Source of the DNA: Narcine bancroftii
Taxonomy: Eukaryota
Length of the DNA: 64,000 nucleotides
Assembly: GCF_036971445.1 (NCBI RefSeq)
Contig: NC_091478.1
Span: forward strand, 19,716,001 to 19,780,000
Reading direction: 5' to 3'
A program made the translations under genes and the position numbers. The notes under the pieces were generated by a model. The model ran no database searches. It had not been told where the DNA came from and saw nothing but the letters and a program-made list of their open reading frames with translations. Shown here one piece after another: positions 1-11,367 of this stretch (position 1 is its first letter; each line of letters opens with the position of its first letter).

Positions 1-135
1 TTCCTCTATCATGTAAAAATTTATCTAACCGAATTTTAAATATGTTTAATGAAGCAGCCTCAACCACTTCCCTGGTTAGAGAATTCCAAACATTCACTAC
101 TCTCTGGGAAAAACTATTTTTCCTCATCTCTGTCC
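1..135 (-). mobile_element. CR1-like LINE fragment (3' part of RT region)
   Basis: Resembles the other CR1 3' fragments in the window (for example 55185-56110) in reverse orientation; cut by the window edge. Confidence 0.5.
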
Positions 136-479
136 CAAGAGTCTCGTTTGCAAAACCTACAAATTGGGAAGATAAAGAGGTCCACGAGCTCCTTACCCTC
201 CAAGCTCCATCAAACTTCTCCTGACTGCATCTAATTTTTCTTCTTTCCCTTCGTTCTCAGTTCTCAAGAGTCACAAAGTTTGGGGCGTGGCCGTGCGATG
301 GAGCCAGCAGATATGTCTTGGATGAGCTCTCCGTGAAGTTTTAAAAAGACAATTTAAAATTAAGAATTTTTTCACTGTGGATGATCACTAAAAAGCCAAG
401 ACAGCAAAAAACAAATTCGGAAGAGACACTGACTCAGCCAGGAACATCGAGTGAAAGCCCGAAAGGGAGTGACGCACGA

Positions 480-1180
480 CTTTGGGCCATCATTTTATGG
501 GCATTGAAACCACAATAAGAGATATGTCAAAGAAGATGACTGAATTTAAAGAGCCAATAGATGATTTACTGGAACGAATTGGCCAAGTGGAAGTTGACTT
601 GGTTAAAACGCAAGAAAAATGGAAAGCTTTGGAAGAAGACACTAAGTAGTAGGACTAGGATAAACAAGCTATGCCTGGATAAATCGATCACATGGAGAAT
701 TTCAGCAGATGCAATAATGTTCGGATTATTAGTTTGAAGGAAGGGACCGAAGGGAGAGATCTGGTGAGCTTCTCTGAAACTTGGATCCCACGAGTGTTGG
801 GAGAAAATAAATACACCAGAAAACTATAAATAGAAAAGGCTCATCAGGCCCTCAGACCCAGAAGATCTGATGAGCAGTGACTACACCAGTTCTGGTAAGA
901 CTTTTGAGTTACCAGGAACGAGAAGTGGTTTTGGGAGCAGGCATTTGATTACTCCAAGCAACACAAAAATGGCCCACTTGAGATAGATGGCGGAAACGTG
1001 TTATTCTTTCAAGACTTTAGCCCAACTTTAATTAAACAAAGGAAGGAGCTCGACAACATAAAAAGGCAACTGCGGACAAAGAACATGAAATACTCGATGA
1101 TATATCTATCCTGCAACTCTGAGGGTCGAAACAACAGATGGTAATTGATATTTTATCAAGACTAAGGAAGAAGTGGAAGT
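480..1180 (+). mobile_element. L1-clade ORF1 remnant (degenerate)
   Basis: From ~685 it translates as DHMENFSRCNNVRIISLKEGTEGRDLVSFSETWIPRVLG...IEKAH, matching the L1 ORF1 (Transposase_22) motif LENxSRRNNIRIxGLxEGxE; stops and frameshifts present. Confidence 0.75.
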
Positions 1181-1721
1181 ATTTCCATTGCTGTTTGACC
1201 AGCTGAGTTTCTCCAGCATTGTTTTTACTTCAACCATGGTGTCTGCAGACTTTTGTGCTATACTTGATCTGATGCCATCTGCCATGTTTTCACACTGCAG
1301 TATTTAAGAAATTCACTTTCACTGCTACATGGAATTAATTTTTCACTTTTTCAAGTACAAGTTTTGCAGCATTTGTCATTTTCTGATTTTGTATCATGTT
1401 GTCTCAGCTTTTATTATCCTATTCATACAAGTCTAGCTTTCTACCTTGTCATTAAAACATTAGTGAGCAAGACTGCTTAACATGCTTATACATTTCACCA
1501 TAGTAATTTTGCCTCATCCGATCAGACATTCCCTTTGCAATACACCCCTCCCACTGAAAAATAACATGCATTCCCACTTTTTTCCAGTGTTGACAATGGT
1601 CACAGACTGAAAAGATTGATTACTTCTATTTTCACAGATGCTGTCCATTTTCCAGGTTTGCTACATAAAAAATTCCTTTCTGTTGTAATGAAACAAGTGT
1701 GTGCAAGCACTGATTGTGATT

Positions 1722-1830
1722 ACAAGTACAGCCCTACTTACGATGGTCCAACATAAGATTTTTCAAAATTACGACGGCTCAAATCCGTACTTTCAATTTC
1801 AAATTCTGATCTGTTCCCGTGCTTGTGATA
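1722..1830. mobile_element. Tigger/pogo-like DNA transposon terminal fragment
   Basis: CCTACTTACGATGGTCCAACATAAGATTTTTC...CCGTACTTTCAATTTCAAATTCTGATCTGTTCCC resembles Tigger5/MER47-type termini (recognised from memory, not searched). Confidence 0.5.
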
Positions 1831-2001
1831 CCACAAGATCAAGGAACAGAAGTAGGGCATCCTCACCATCACCCAGGTTCCCCCACTACCAACCCCACCC
1901 TTCCCCCAGGTTTCTTCCCTCCCCATCACCCAGATTCCTACGCAGGGTTCCCTCCAACCCTGCAAGGTTCATCCTCTCCCACTCCACCCCCCAGATACCC
2001 C

Positions 2002-2545
2002 CCTCCTTCCACCTCTCAGGTTCCCGCTCCTCCTTCCACCTCTCAGGTTCCCGCTCCTCCTTCCACCTCTCAGGTTCCCGCTCCTCCTTCCACCTCTCAG
2101 GTTCCCGCTCCTCCTTCCACCTCTCAGGTTCCCGCTCCTCCTTCCACCTCTCAGGTTCCCGCTCCTCCTTCCACCTCTCAGGTTCCCGCTCCTCCTTCCA
2201 CCTCTCAGGTTCCCGCTCCTCCTTCCACCTCTCAGGTTCCCGCTCCTCCTTCCACCTCTCAGGTTCCCGCTCCTCCTTCCACCTCTCAGGTTCCCGCTCC
2301 TCCTTCCACCTCTCAGGTTCCCGCTCCTCCTTCCACCTCTCAGGTTCCCGCTCCTCCTTCCACCTCTCAGGTTCCCGCTCCTCCTTCCACCTCTCAGGTT
2401 CCCGCTCCTCCTTCCACCTCTCAGGTTCCCGCTCCTCCTTCCACCTCTCAGGTTCCCGCTCCTCCTTCCACCTCTCCCTCCCGCTCCTCCTCGACCTCTC
2501 CCTCCCGCTCCTCCTCCACCTCTCCCTCCCGCTCCTCCTCCCACA
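2002..2545. repeat. 27-bp minisatellite (CCTCCTTCCACCTCTCAGGTTCCCGCT) x17 perfect copies, followed by ~3 degenerate ~24-bp units
   Basis: Perfect units span 2002-2460 (459 bp = 17 x 27). This explains the repetitive ORFs on both strands. Confidence 0.97.
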
Positions 2546-2581
2546 CGCTCAGGTTCTCCCTCCTGCTCCTCCCACTGCCCC

Positions 2582-3350
2582 TGTTGGAATCTAGGGGTTA
2601 AAACAGTATGAAATAAATGATTAATCAATAAGTTTATTTGTACTGCATGAGTCAGGGAAAGAGGAATGTGGCTAAGTGGCTGTCACAGCATGGAGCAAAG
2701 TTGGCTGAACAAAATTGGCTGTTCCCAAGATACAGGGAGAGGATATGCATAAAACGATTTAGGAGGAATGCTCAACTGAAGGAGGTGGGAAGTAGCACAG
2801 GAGACACAGGCCAGATCAGAACAAAGAATGGCCCGCAAGAATCAAAGGGAATGGAAAACCAGTCGAGGAGGAAGATTAAGGCACAAGGAGGTGTTAAAGA
2901 GAACAGCAGAAATTGGCCAGACAGGGACCGAATGGTGATTAGAAATATCTGGGGATGAATTAATTTCAGATCTAAACAACAGGATAGTCTGGCCTGGAGG
3001 ATTAACATGGGAATGCTACACCCCAGAAATCTGCAAAACAGGAGATGACTTGTGATAACCCTTATGCAAAAAGATCTAGCAGGGAAAACAACTTTTGTTC
3101 TGTGTGATAAGATTGACCTATATAAACTGTGCCAACTGGACAATAGGGGTCAGTCTCGGGGAGTAGCTCACTGGCAGGTGACCTATGAACTAACAGACTG
3201 ACCCAGAGCTCTGTTAAGTTTTATTCTTGTGCTGTGTAATAAATTGACTGTTGAACCGAATACCTTCTCCTATCACTTCATTCAAAGAACGCGCTGGACT
3301 CAGACTACACATAGACTAAATTAAGAGTAAGTTAAAGCCAGAGTCCAACA
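2582..3350 (+). mobile_element. Solo LTR (769 bp)
   Basis: Termini TGTTGGAATCT...AGAGTCCAACA (TG..CA, 10/11 inverted match); flanked by CCCC on both sides; TATATAAA at ~3119-3126 and AATAAA at 3238-3243 in U3-R-U5 order on the + strand; no internal coding region adjacent. Confidence 0.8.
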
Positions 3351-3429
3351 CCCCCCCCCCCAAAAGTTCCCCTCATCTCAAGCTTCTCTCTCTCTGCCTC
3401 CCACCCATGTTCCTCCTCTCCTTTCCCCC

Positions 3430-4060
3430 CCACCCCCCGACACCCCTCTCGCACCTACCCCTTCCCCAGGCTGCCCGGACGTCCCGCTTTACCTGTTTAA
3501 TGTACATCGCGGATGACGGAGCCCGGCCTGACCTCACGGCCGCGGCACCCGCACTTGGACCAGTTAAAGCACCAGCAGCGATTCAACAACAAATGTTGTT
3601 ACTAATGTTCACTAGTCGAAAGTCGGGGGGGGGGGGGTGGATTAAAAACAAATTCAAGCCCCCAAACTCAGCGCCGACCGTCAAAATGGCGGCCGTTCTC
3701 CGCCTTCTCTCTGCGGGGATCGAGGCAGAGGGAGACCGAACCAAAACTGTTCGGAGAATGTGTGGATTAGACGAGTTCGACGAGGACCAAATCGCCAACG
3801 TTCATCATCTTTAACACATGCCCTTCAATACTTTTTAAGTGACCGTTTAACTTTCGGAAAGGGAACTCCTTCCCTTGGGTCGTCTTCGCGGTTCTCCCTG
3901 CCTGATATTGGTTTCGTCCAAGTGAGGTCAAAGGTTCAGCGCCAAAGTCAGTCTCCGGCGACTGCGGCTGCGCAGCCAATTAAAGGCGCAGGACTGCCGT
4001 CATCGTGTCGGCCGGCATTTTTGGAGGGGGAGGGGTCACTGTGATGTGTTAAAGGGTTTC
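3430..4060 (-). promoter_or_regulatory. CpG-island promoter/5' UTR of SMC3 with YY1 site
   Basis: CpG-dense segment in a CpG-poor background; YY1 consensus CAAAATGGCGGC at 3682-3693; CCAAT motifs at 3907-3911 (ATTGG) and 3976-3980; no obvious TATA box. Confidence 0.8.
3493..3507 (-). CDS. SMC3: SMC3 (cohesin subunit) first coding exon, MYIKQ; remainder of the gene lies beyond the left edge
   Basis: Minus strand reads gcgATG TAC ATT AAA CAG|GTAAAG: the vertebrate SMC3 N-terminus MYIKQ followed by a phase-0 donor. It lies in a CpG island, downstream of and co-oriented with DUSP5, as in human 10q25. Only 5 codons are visible. Confidence 0.85.
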
Positions 4061-4654
4061 GTGCAAGTCTGAATACCATCTTGAAAATTCTGGCTGCTTC
4101 TGAGAAAATCTTGCCTGGTTGTCAATATTTTGTCAGGTTTAAGCGTGTAAAAGAAAAATTAGGGAAAGATTGATGAACTGCTCGTGTTCGGATACATTTG
4201 GCACAAACACAACCTGCCAACTGAAAACTGTCAACTCTTTGAAAATTGTTTGATTGGCATTTTCATCTTTAAATATCTCTGGCATGTGGTTGCTGCAATT
4301 TTGTGAAATGTACGAAGGCAAATTTATTTTGTCGGCTAGGAGAACTACTGGACAACAGCAACCTGTCAGGAAATACTCCCAAAATACGCCCTGTGCCAGT
4401 GAAACAAACAAGAGCAAGGGCAATGAGGCCAAGGCCTTGATATTTGTCTTACAGTGACATTGATGACAATGTGGGCGAAGGAGATTTGGGATGGTATTTA
4501 GAACCTCCGTGCCCTGCATAGGTATTAGAAGAGACCTATCACTTCACAAATTACCCAATCCCCTGCCCCATCAGTAGAAGAATCTGGGGTTCCCACTTTG
4601 ACCTACTACACCCGAGTGGAAGGAAGTCGTTTCTGTTGCTAAAAAGATGAACTA

Positions 4655-5040
4655 AGTCAAGTCACCTTTATTTGTCATTCACACCACTGTCAGGACGAGA
4701 TAGCGTTTCTCCAGGACCACGGAGCAGATTTACAGAAATGTAAGTTAAAATGGAAGTTATAATAAGACGTGTGTACAATAAAAGTCCTCGATACACTATC
4801 CATGTATGTTCTGGGAATTCAGGAGCCACATGACTTGGGGGGTTGGGGGGGATAAAACTTCCCCAATCTGGACACAAAGGCCTGAGTGCTATGGCCCCTC
4901 CTACCAGATGGCAGAAGTGAGAAAAGTTTACATGAGGGGTGTGTGGTCCTTCACAGTGTTTATTACTTTCCGCATGCATCGTGTGTTGTAGATATCTGTC
5001 ATGGTAGGATGAGAGCCCCCAATAATCTCTTCCACTGAAT
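4655..5040 (-). mobile_element. Rex1/Babar-like LINE 3' fragment
   Basis: Minus strand resembles the 3' end of the element at 59785-61290 (GAAGGACCACACACCCCTCATGTAAAC...GACAAATAAAGGTGACTTGACTT tail). Confidence 0.6.
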
Positions 5041-5160
5041 TTAAGATGTGGATCTTAATATTGGAAACATCTCCCTATTGCTATATACAATATAACAATC
5101 ACTATGTCCATCAGTTTGCCTTGACCTACTTGGGAGCTTGATTTAAAATTCTCTAGTTCT

Positions 5161-5354
5161 TTTTTTTTTCACAACTTTATTTATTCGTTCAACAGGGTTA
5201 TTACATACAGTAAAAAAAAGTACATATTGTGAACAATTTTAAAAAAATTATATACAAAAAAAAAGAGAAGAAAAAAGAACCAACCCCCCCCTCCCCCTCT
5301 CAGCCAGCTCTCTTTAGGAGAGCCAAAGAGAAAAAAAAACTGAAGTATATTTAC
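5161..5354 (-). mobile_element. Short 5'-truncated poly(A) retroposon (L1-type 3' end) with 17-bp TSD
   Basis: TAAAATTCTCTAGTTCT duplicated at 5144-5160 and 5355-5371; poly(T) at 5161-5169 and TTTATT at 5176-5181 (AATAAA plus poly(A) on minus). Confidence 0.85.
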
Positions 5355-6994
5355 TAAAATTCTCTAGTTCTGAAGACATTAGTGGGGTGAGGGGGGGGGC
5401 GGAGAACATGGCAGATAGAATGTGGAAAAGTATGTAGTTGTCTCTTCCACTCCCAGGGGAAGTGAAATCTATAATTGAAAGAGAGTTGGAAGATACCAGC
5501 TCTTTAAGATGTTCCTCATTAACCACTCTGTTCAAAGGAGAGGAAGTGCCATTTCAATGTTTAAAGAAGCATTTCAACCTTCACTGTTTGAACTGGAGCT
5601 TTTTTCTTTTTAGTGAAAGTCATGAACCAACCACACCAGTCAATTGTAACTTTTCTCCTGCCACGTTTCTCAACCACAAATTATCACTCAACAAATCGAA
5701 GTCATGGTTGTCAACCTTCCATCATTTCAGACTAAAGGTGGAAAAAGTATTTTTTGAAAATATGAGCTTTTCTAGGTTAATCTTACACTTTTAGGATTCA
5801 GAACAGCCACCATATTGGCACATAAATATTTTGCTATGGCATGTAAGAATACACAGGAGCATGGGACTACTTGAAGTGCAAAAGCCACTACAGAATCAAT
5901 GGCTTCAATGTCTCCCCACTGCTGTATTGTATATGATATCAGGACTTTTTAATGGATAGATAACAGAGCTGTAAAGACATTAGGGCAAATTACCTCCTTT
6001 TGTGTTATTTATTTCTCGGGCATGATTCATTTCACAATAAAATGAGTTAATCAGGATTTGATGGATCAATTATTGAGATTCCAGGAATATATGTCTAGAG
6101 ATTATTAATGTTAAAAGAAGTAATCACAATGCCAAAGTACATTAATCTTTTGAATTATGCATCTAAATTACTCATACACTTTAGGGACTACAGTACTTTT
6201 GAATCAAGCCTTACAGTGATTCAGTTAGTTCACACAGTGGCCTTTTCCAGTGCTGCACTGAGTTAGTCATTTTCAATAAACATTTTGAAAGAAATTCCAT
6301 TTACATCCTTGGGACATTCCAAAGCAATTGCCTTTGAATGGTAATCACTGTTAAAATTTAACAGAGTTAGCGATTTAAATGCAAGATGTCAGATGATCTG
6401 TATTGTGTGGCGAGTGACACATGTTCTGATTTTCTCAGAGCTTTTACACAACCTACATGAATAAAAACACAATGCTGGAGAAACTCAGCTGATCAAACAG
6501 TGTACTTTATGTCACAAAGGGCTAGAGTCTTTCATCATGGTATGAAAAAATGTAGGCAGGTGCCCGAACAGATGATACTTCACTTGTCCAATAGCAAAAA
6601 CCACCAGTTTCCTTAACTAGCACCCCATTAGCGAACCTTAAGCACTCACTCCCTTCCTGAGTTTTGAGCAAGATGCAAAAGGATAGGCTAAGTGAATGGT
6701 GTGGGTGGGGGGGGGGGGGGGGGTGGAGGTGGGGGTAGAATGGCAGACTGAATATGGAATATAGTATGTAGCTGGAAAAAAAATAGAAAGACTGTATATT
6801 TTTAAATGGTGAGAGGATGAAAAGTGTTGATGCTCAATGCGATCCAGATGGCATTTTACATGAATCGTTCAAAGATAATATTCAGATGAAATATTCAATT
6901 TGGATGTTAGTTGATATGTTAGCCATTTTTACAACAAATTTCAGTATGAGAGTAAAGACATACATTTGCAATGATGCAGATCCCTAGTGAGACA

Positions 6995-7350
6995 GCAGCC
7001 CCTTTTAAATTGCAGCACCTGGGTCGCCCTCCTGGGACACGGATGCAATTACTGGGGCACTTTTCAAATTGCAGAGGAATCAACCCATTAAATCGCCAAA
7101 CCGGCGATGTCGTGTCATGCACTCACTGGAAGTACTGCCGGATTTTCAGATGCTGGCTGTCCACTGACGCATGCACGCAAGCGCTGACATCACCGGAATA
7201 AGCGGGTTGGCCATTTTCCTGTTCAAATCGCCTGTGGATGTGACCTAGGTAAGTTTAACTGGGTTTCCTGACTACCTCAGGGACCTGGTTGGATTCTGTC
7301 GCGGTTGACCAAGTTGGACCTTTCCTCACTGTCTTGTAAGTGGGGCACTC
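6995..7350. mobile_element. Non-autonomous DNA-transposon-like (MITE) family; related copies at ~10510-10705 (reverse) and ~51480-51840
   Basis: Shared blocks CCTCCTGGGAC(A/C)CGG, CATTAAATCGCCAA and ATGCACGCAAGC(G/A)CTGACATCACCGGAAT...CCTAGGTAAGTTTAACTGGGTT among the copies. Confidence 0.6.
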
Positions 7351-8539
7351 TGGTTAACCCCATTTTACACAACATTTTGAAAGAGCCTGCTACAATTGTG
7401 ATAAAGGAGGTGCTGTAAAAATTCACCAAATTGATATCTGGAATGTGAGGGAAAGAAGCTTGGGTCAGAACCTTTCATTAGTATTCCCATTATTCCACCT
7501 GAAAGAGTTAAAGAGCAGCACAATGACAAGGCTGGTTGCAAAATGATCACATTAAGTGATGGATTTTGATCTCAAAAGAGACAATAGAGTGAAGTTGAAA
7601 GGGAAATTATCAAGTGAGACAACACTTACAAAGGAAGACACGGTGTCCAATGAAGGGTTGCGTACAGGGCGAGTAGCTTTAATAGGATACTTGGAAAGGA
7701 AATGAATAAGTTGACTCCACTGATAACATTTGTTTTCCTCATGGGAAATTGCTGAGACTCTTCTCAGTACTTCTCATAACTTTAAATCTCGTTTATGTGT
7801 ACCCGAACCACCTATTCAGCAATGTGTTGTTTTAAGTTCAAATAATTTAATCAAGTGTATAGTAATGAGTTTAAATTTGACTGTTTTTGGTGGGCCGTGT
7901 GCAGGAAACAATGTTATGTGACAGAAGTGTTCATGTGCATCCCTAAGGTTTCGTATTTTTTAGATTATAATGGGAGGGAAATCTGTCTGCTTTTTCACCC
8001 CTCCCCTACAATCCCCATCATCCTGCTGCCCTGCCTAGAAGCACACAAACTGTTGAGTTGGTTAAAGTGAGGAGTTTTCAAGAGGATCTTAGAAAACGAA
8101 GCTTACACATAACTGGCAATTTGTGGGGGGTCCAGTCACTCAAAGGCACAGCTTCATTGATAAATATAGTTGAAGTAAATGGATCACTATCTCTCAGTGT
8201 TGAAACAAACACATGGCTGGATGCTGCAACCTGCCCTCTCGTAAATTAACCTCTTTCGTTCTCGTGCTTTTGCTTTGCAATAGTCAGTCCTTTGTGATGT
8301 CACAGTTTGTATCTCATGACATTCGTAACCAATGCCTCTTAGAAATCTTTGCCCATTTCAAACAATTAATTGATTTAGTTGAAGAAATGTGTTTTCTGAT
8401 GGAATATTTCACAATTTGCTTTATCTTGTCCAAGTTCAAGTTAATTATCAAACTAAATAAAGTGCTTAATCTTGTCACGTGAAGAAAATTTTATTATTCA
8501 GTGAAATGATACAAATTGATTTTTGCCATATGGAAATTT

Positions 8540-8725
8540 TTTAAATTTAGACCTAGTCTGTGCCACCCAATTTACACCCCTGGTACGTTAATGAACTTGA
8601 AAACCCACACAGACACAGGGAAAACATACAAGCTCCTGACAGACAGCGCGGGATTCGAACCCCAGTCCCAATTGCTGGTGCTGTAAAGGCGTGGCGCTAA
8701 CTGCTATGCCAACCGTGCCACCTTT
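8540..8725 (-). mobile_element. tRNA-derived V-SINE-like element (one of >10 copies; others at ~16270-16500+, 23975-24170-, 37660-37865+, 38115-38360+, 48685-48925-, 51135-51320+, 51915-52150-, 54065-54275+, 57840-58050-, 58880-59120-)
   Basis: Pol III A/B boxes (GGTGGCAC..TAGC / GGTTCGAATCC), the family V-domain core GTGTCTGCGTGGGTTT..GGGTGCTCCGGTTTCCTCCCAC (partly deleted in this copy) and a common tail ...GTATGTCTAAAT. Confidence 0.8.
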
Positions 8726-9269
8726 TGTGTTAGCCCGTACATACTATCTGCCCTAGCAACTTGCACTTCATGTAAAGGGGTTGAGAAGAGAATCCGCTTG
8801 TTAAAAAATAAAATTATTTTATTGTCTACTAAAAGCAGCATGACTAAAGAATCATACAGGGATGACTTTAATTAAGTATAAGTTGTAACAATCTGTTTAC
8901 TGTTGATGATAATCAGATCATAGAAATTAAATTACATGAGCAATGATCTTGTTAAATGCTTTTAAACTTAGCCGACCAGATACCTTCCATAATTTCCAAC
9001 ATCTAACCAACGATTCGTGACTTGTGTTTTTATATTCTTAAATGCCCATTTATTGAATGCTGTCATGAACTTGAGCATGAGGTTATTTTTCTATTTGTTT
9101 ATGTAGGATTTCAGAATCATTTTGGTCACCAAGAAGTTAGAACTATTTTTCCATGCCTCTACCTATTTATTTATTTAGTTGCTGAACATGTGATGTCACA
9201 AGAAATGGTCATGTCTGACCCTTTCAGAGTCAATCATACTGGTGTGGGTCTCAAGGCCAAGTCAAGGCA

Positions 9270-9810
9270 ATTGAAGTCAAATTTATTCTTATCCGATTGC
9301 ACAAGTACAATCTGTCAAAACACCGTTCGCCAGTCCTTGGTGCAAAACCTGCCGTCACACAACCAGACATAACACATGCACAGACAAATACTATATGTGC
9401 AGGACAAGAATTCATACATTGAATAAATAAATAATAATTATTGAGTATATATGAGAGTCTCGGATGATCAATGAGTCGTTCGGCAGTATCAGAATCAGAA
9501 TTTATTGTCACAATCAAGTCACGAAATTCACTGCCCATGGGAAGAAGCGGCTCTCAGCCTGGTGTTACTGGCTCTATTGTCCTGTTTCTCTTCCCTGACG
9601 GGAGCAGATGAAAGATGCTGTGTGCAGGGTGGAAGGGGTCCTCGATGATTTTGCACATCCCCTTCAAACAACGATCCTGGTAGATCATTTCGACGGAGAG
9701 GAGGGAGACTGCAGTGATTCTTTTTGCCACTGTCAAGGTCCTGTGGATTGACCTTTGATCTATTTCTCTGCAGCAACCATACCATAGAGCAATGCAGCCT
9801 GCCAGGATTT
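9270..9810 (-). mobile_element. Rex1/Babar-like LINE 3' fragment
   Basis: ORF 9554-9736(-) IIEDPFHPAHSIFHLLPSGKRNR is the typical C-terminal DxxHPxHxLFxLLPSGRR motif; AATAAA...TTGACTTG tail. Confidence 0.7.
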
Positions 9811-10114
9811 CCTTCCTTAAAAGATCTTAGTTGACCAGGTGCATTTATAGCATCTTAAAGTTGTTTTCATTCCAAATTGAATTAATTTAGTCACCTTGTG
9901 CATAGATTTATGTCGCTGTCATCTGCTGTCAGGTTGCCTGACTGCCATACTACAATATCCCCAACTCCATCTTTCCATTCATCTCAGGGTTGAAAAGGAA
10001 GCTCTGAATGAAGATGTGGACTGAGAGGGTGAACGGTCAGACAAAAATATAGGCTAAGGACCACCTGCTGGAGGAACTCAAGTGGGTCAAGTTGCACCAT
10101 TTGGAGAAAATGAT

Positions 10115-10500
10115 TGTTTTTTTTAATTTATCCAAAATAATTTACAAAAGGAAAGCTGTTCAGAGGTTGTTCCCACCCTTACTTTCATATTCATACATTG
10201 CTGTCACTGTAACATTCAATTCGATTTACACCATTACTACCACTGTGGCACCTTGCTGCTTCTTCCCACCCCCCCCCCCCCCCACTCCCACCTGCCCCTG
10301 TTATTTGAAGGACTTCCCCTCAGTCCCAGCTCCTCAATGCCCAGTAATGGGAGGACTCTAGACTGTGGTCTTTCCCGCACTGCCCTCACGTTGTTGTACC
10401 AGGCCTCATGTGCCCCTTACCACATGCTCCTACAACCTGGAATGTGGTGGTAGGCAGCATTTCCTCACCGACATCTCATTGTGTTGAAAGACCATCAGTT
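10115..10500 (-). mobile_element. Tx1/L1-like ORF2 C-terminal fragment with poly(A) tail
   Basis: Minus strand gives degenerate VFQHNEMSVRKCC..HSRL.E.V...GKTTV*, followed by a 3' UTR and an A-rich tail. Confidence 0.5.
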
Positions 10501-10734
10501 TTGGGCAGACCAAGCTGCGTGTTTCACTGACAGGGGAGACTAGTTTGCTTGCCACGTCACTTACCGTGTCATCACAGGGGCAGGATTTTCCTTAAATTGT
10601 CGGGTTGGCGATTTAATGGGTCGGTCTGCCCTCAGCTTAAAAGGTCCTGGCAGCACCTTTGTCGTACTAAGTGCACCTGGGTCCCAGGAGGGCTACCCAG
10701 TGAATCAGGGTGTATTATGGACAGGCAGTGAATT

Positions 10735-11282
10735 GACAGATGCAAAAGGTGGGAAAGAGAGGCAAGAAAAACAAAGGGTTCTGATAGAGAAAGACAGAGT
10801 TAGGTGGATGCAGGGTGGAATGGGTAATTGGAAGACAAAGGCTGCCATATTTGGAATCTGATTAGGAGAGAAGGTGATAATGGTGATATAAAGAACGACT
10901 AGATGGAACCCAAAGGGGCTAGGGGGAGGTAGGGAGAAGAGAGCAGAGCAATCCAGTGGGGAGATGGGCTGGAAAGGGGTGGAACTGAGTGGGGACAGGG
11001 TTGGAAAGGAAATGGTACTCTAGAATTTCAGAATGTGTTCATGATGGATAAACTGGGAAAAAAGGATGAGAGATGTAGTCTAGACAGATGTTGGAGTTGG
11101 TGGGTTTGTGGTGAGGTGTAGATTAATGGCTACTAACCTCCACCTGTTCTGAAATTCATGGAGCATCTCTCTCTTCTCTCCCCTTTATAGATCTCTCTGC
11201 CTCCATCTCAGGAAACAAGGTTTACATTGACATTTACTGCAAACCCACTGATTCCCACAGCTAACTTGACTACATCACTTCC
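10735..11282. mobile_element. Degenerate Penelope-like element fragments
   Basis: 11220-11282(+) reads ~DIYCKPTDSHSxLDYxxS (Penelope RT C-terminal motif); the adjacent purine-rich segment resembles Penelope sequence in reverse. Confidence 0.55.
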
Positions 11283-11307
11283 AGAGAGTGTCAGAGAGAG
11301 AGTTTGT

Positions 11308-11311
<4 letters not shown>

Positions 11312-11364
<53 letters not shown>
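11312..11364. repeat. (GA)n microsatellite
   Basis: Direct read. Confidence 0.97.

Positions 11365-11367
<3 letters not shown>

Noticed and set aside
2002-2460. Regular array superficially like CRISPR
   Set aside because: Units are contiguous with no unique spacers; the context is eukaryotic and there are no cas genes.
1701-2628. Long ORFs of 219-297 aa (PPSTSQVPA, SSFHLSGSR and GGRRSGNLR repeats) resembling mucin, RS or RGG proteins
   Set aside because: These are by-products of a stop-free 27-bp minisatellite open in several frames on both strands; it is intronic and has no splice or domain support.
3407-4044. ORFs of 70-135 aa across the CpG island
   Set aside because: Stop-poor GC-rich promoter sequence; the meaningful coding signal is the minus-strand MYIKQ exon.
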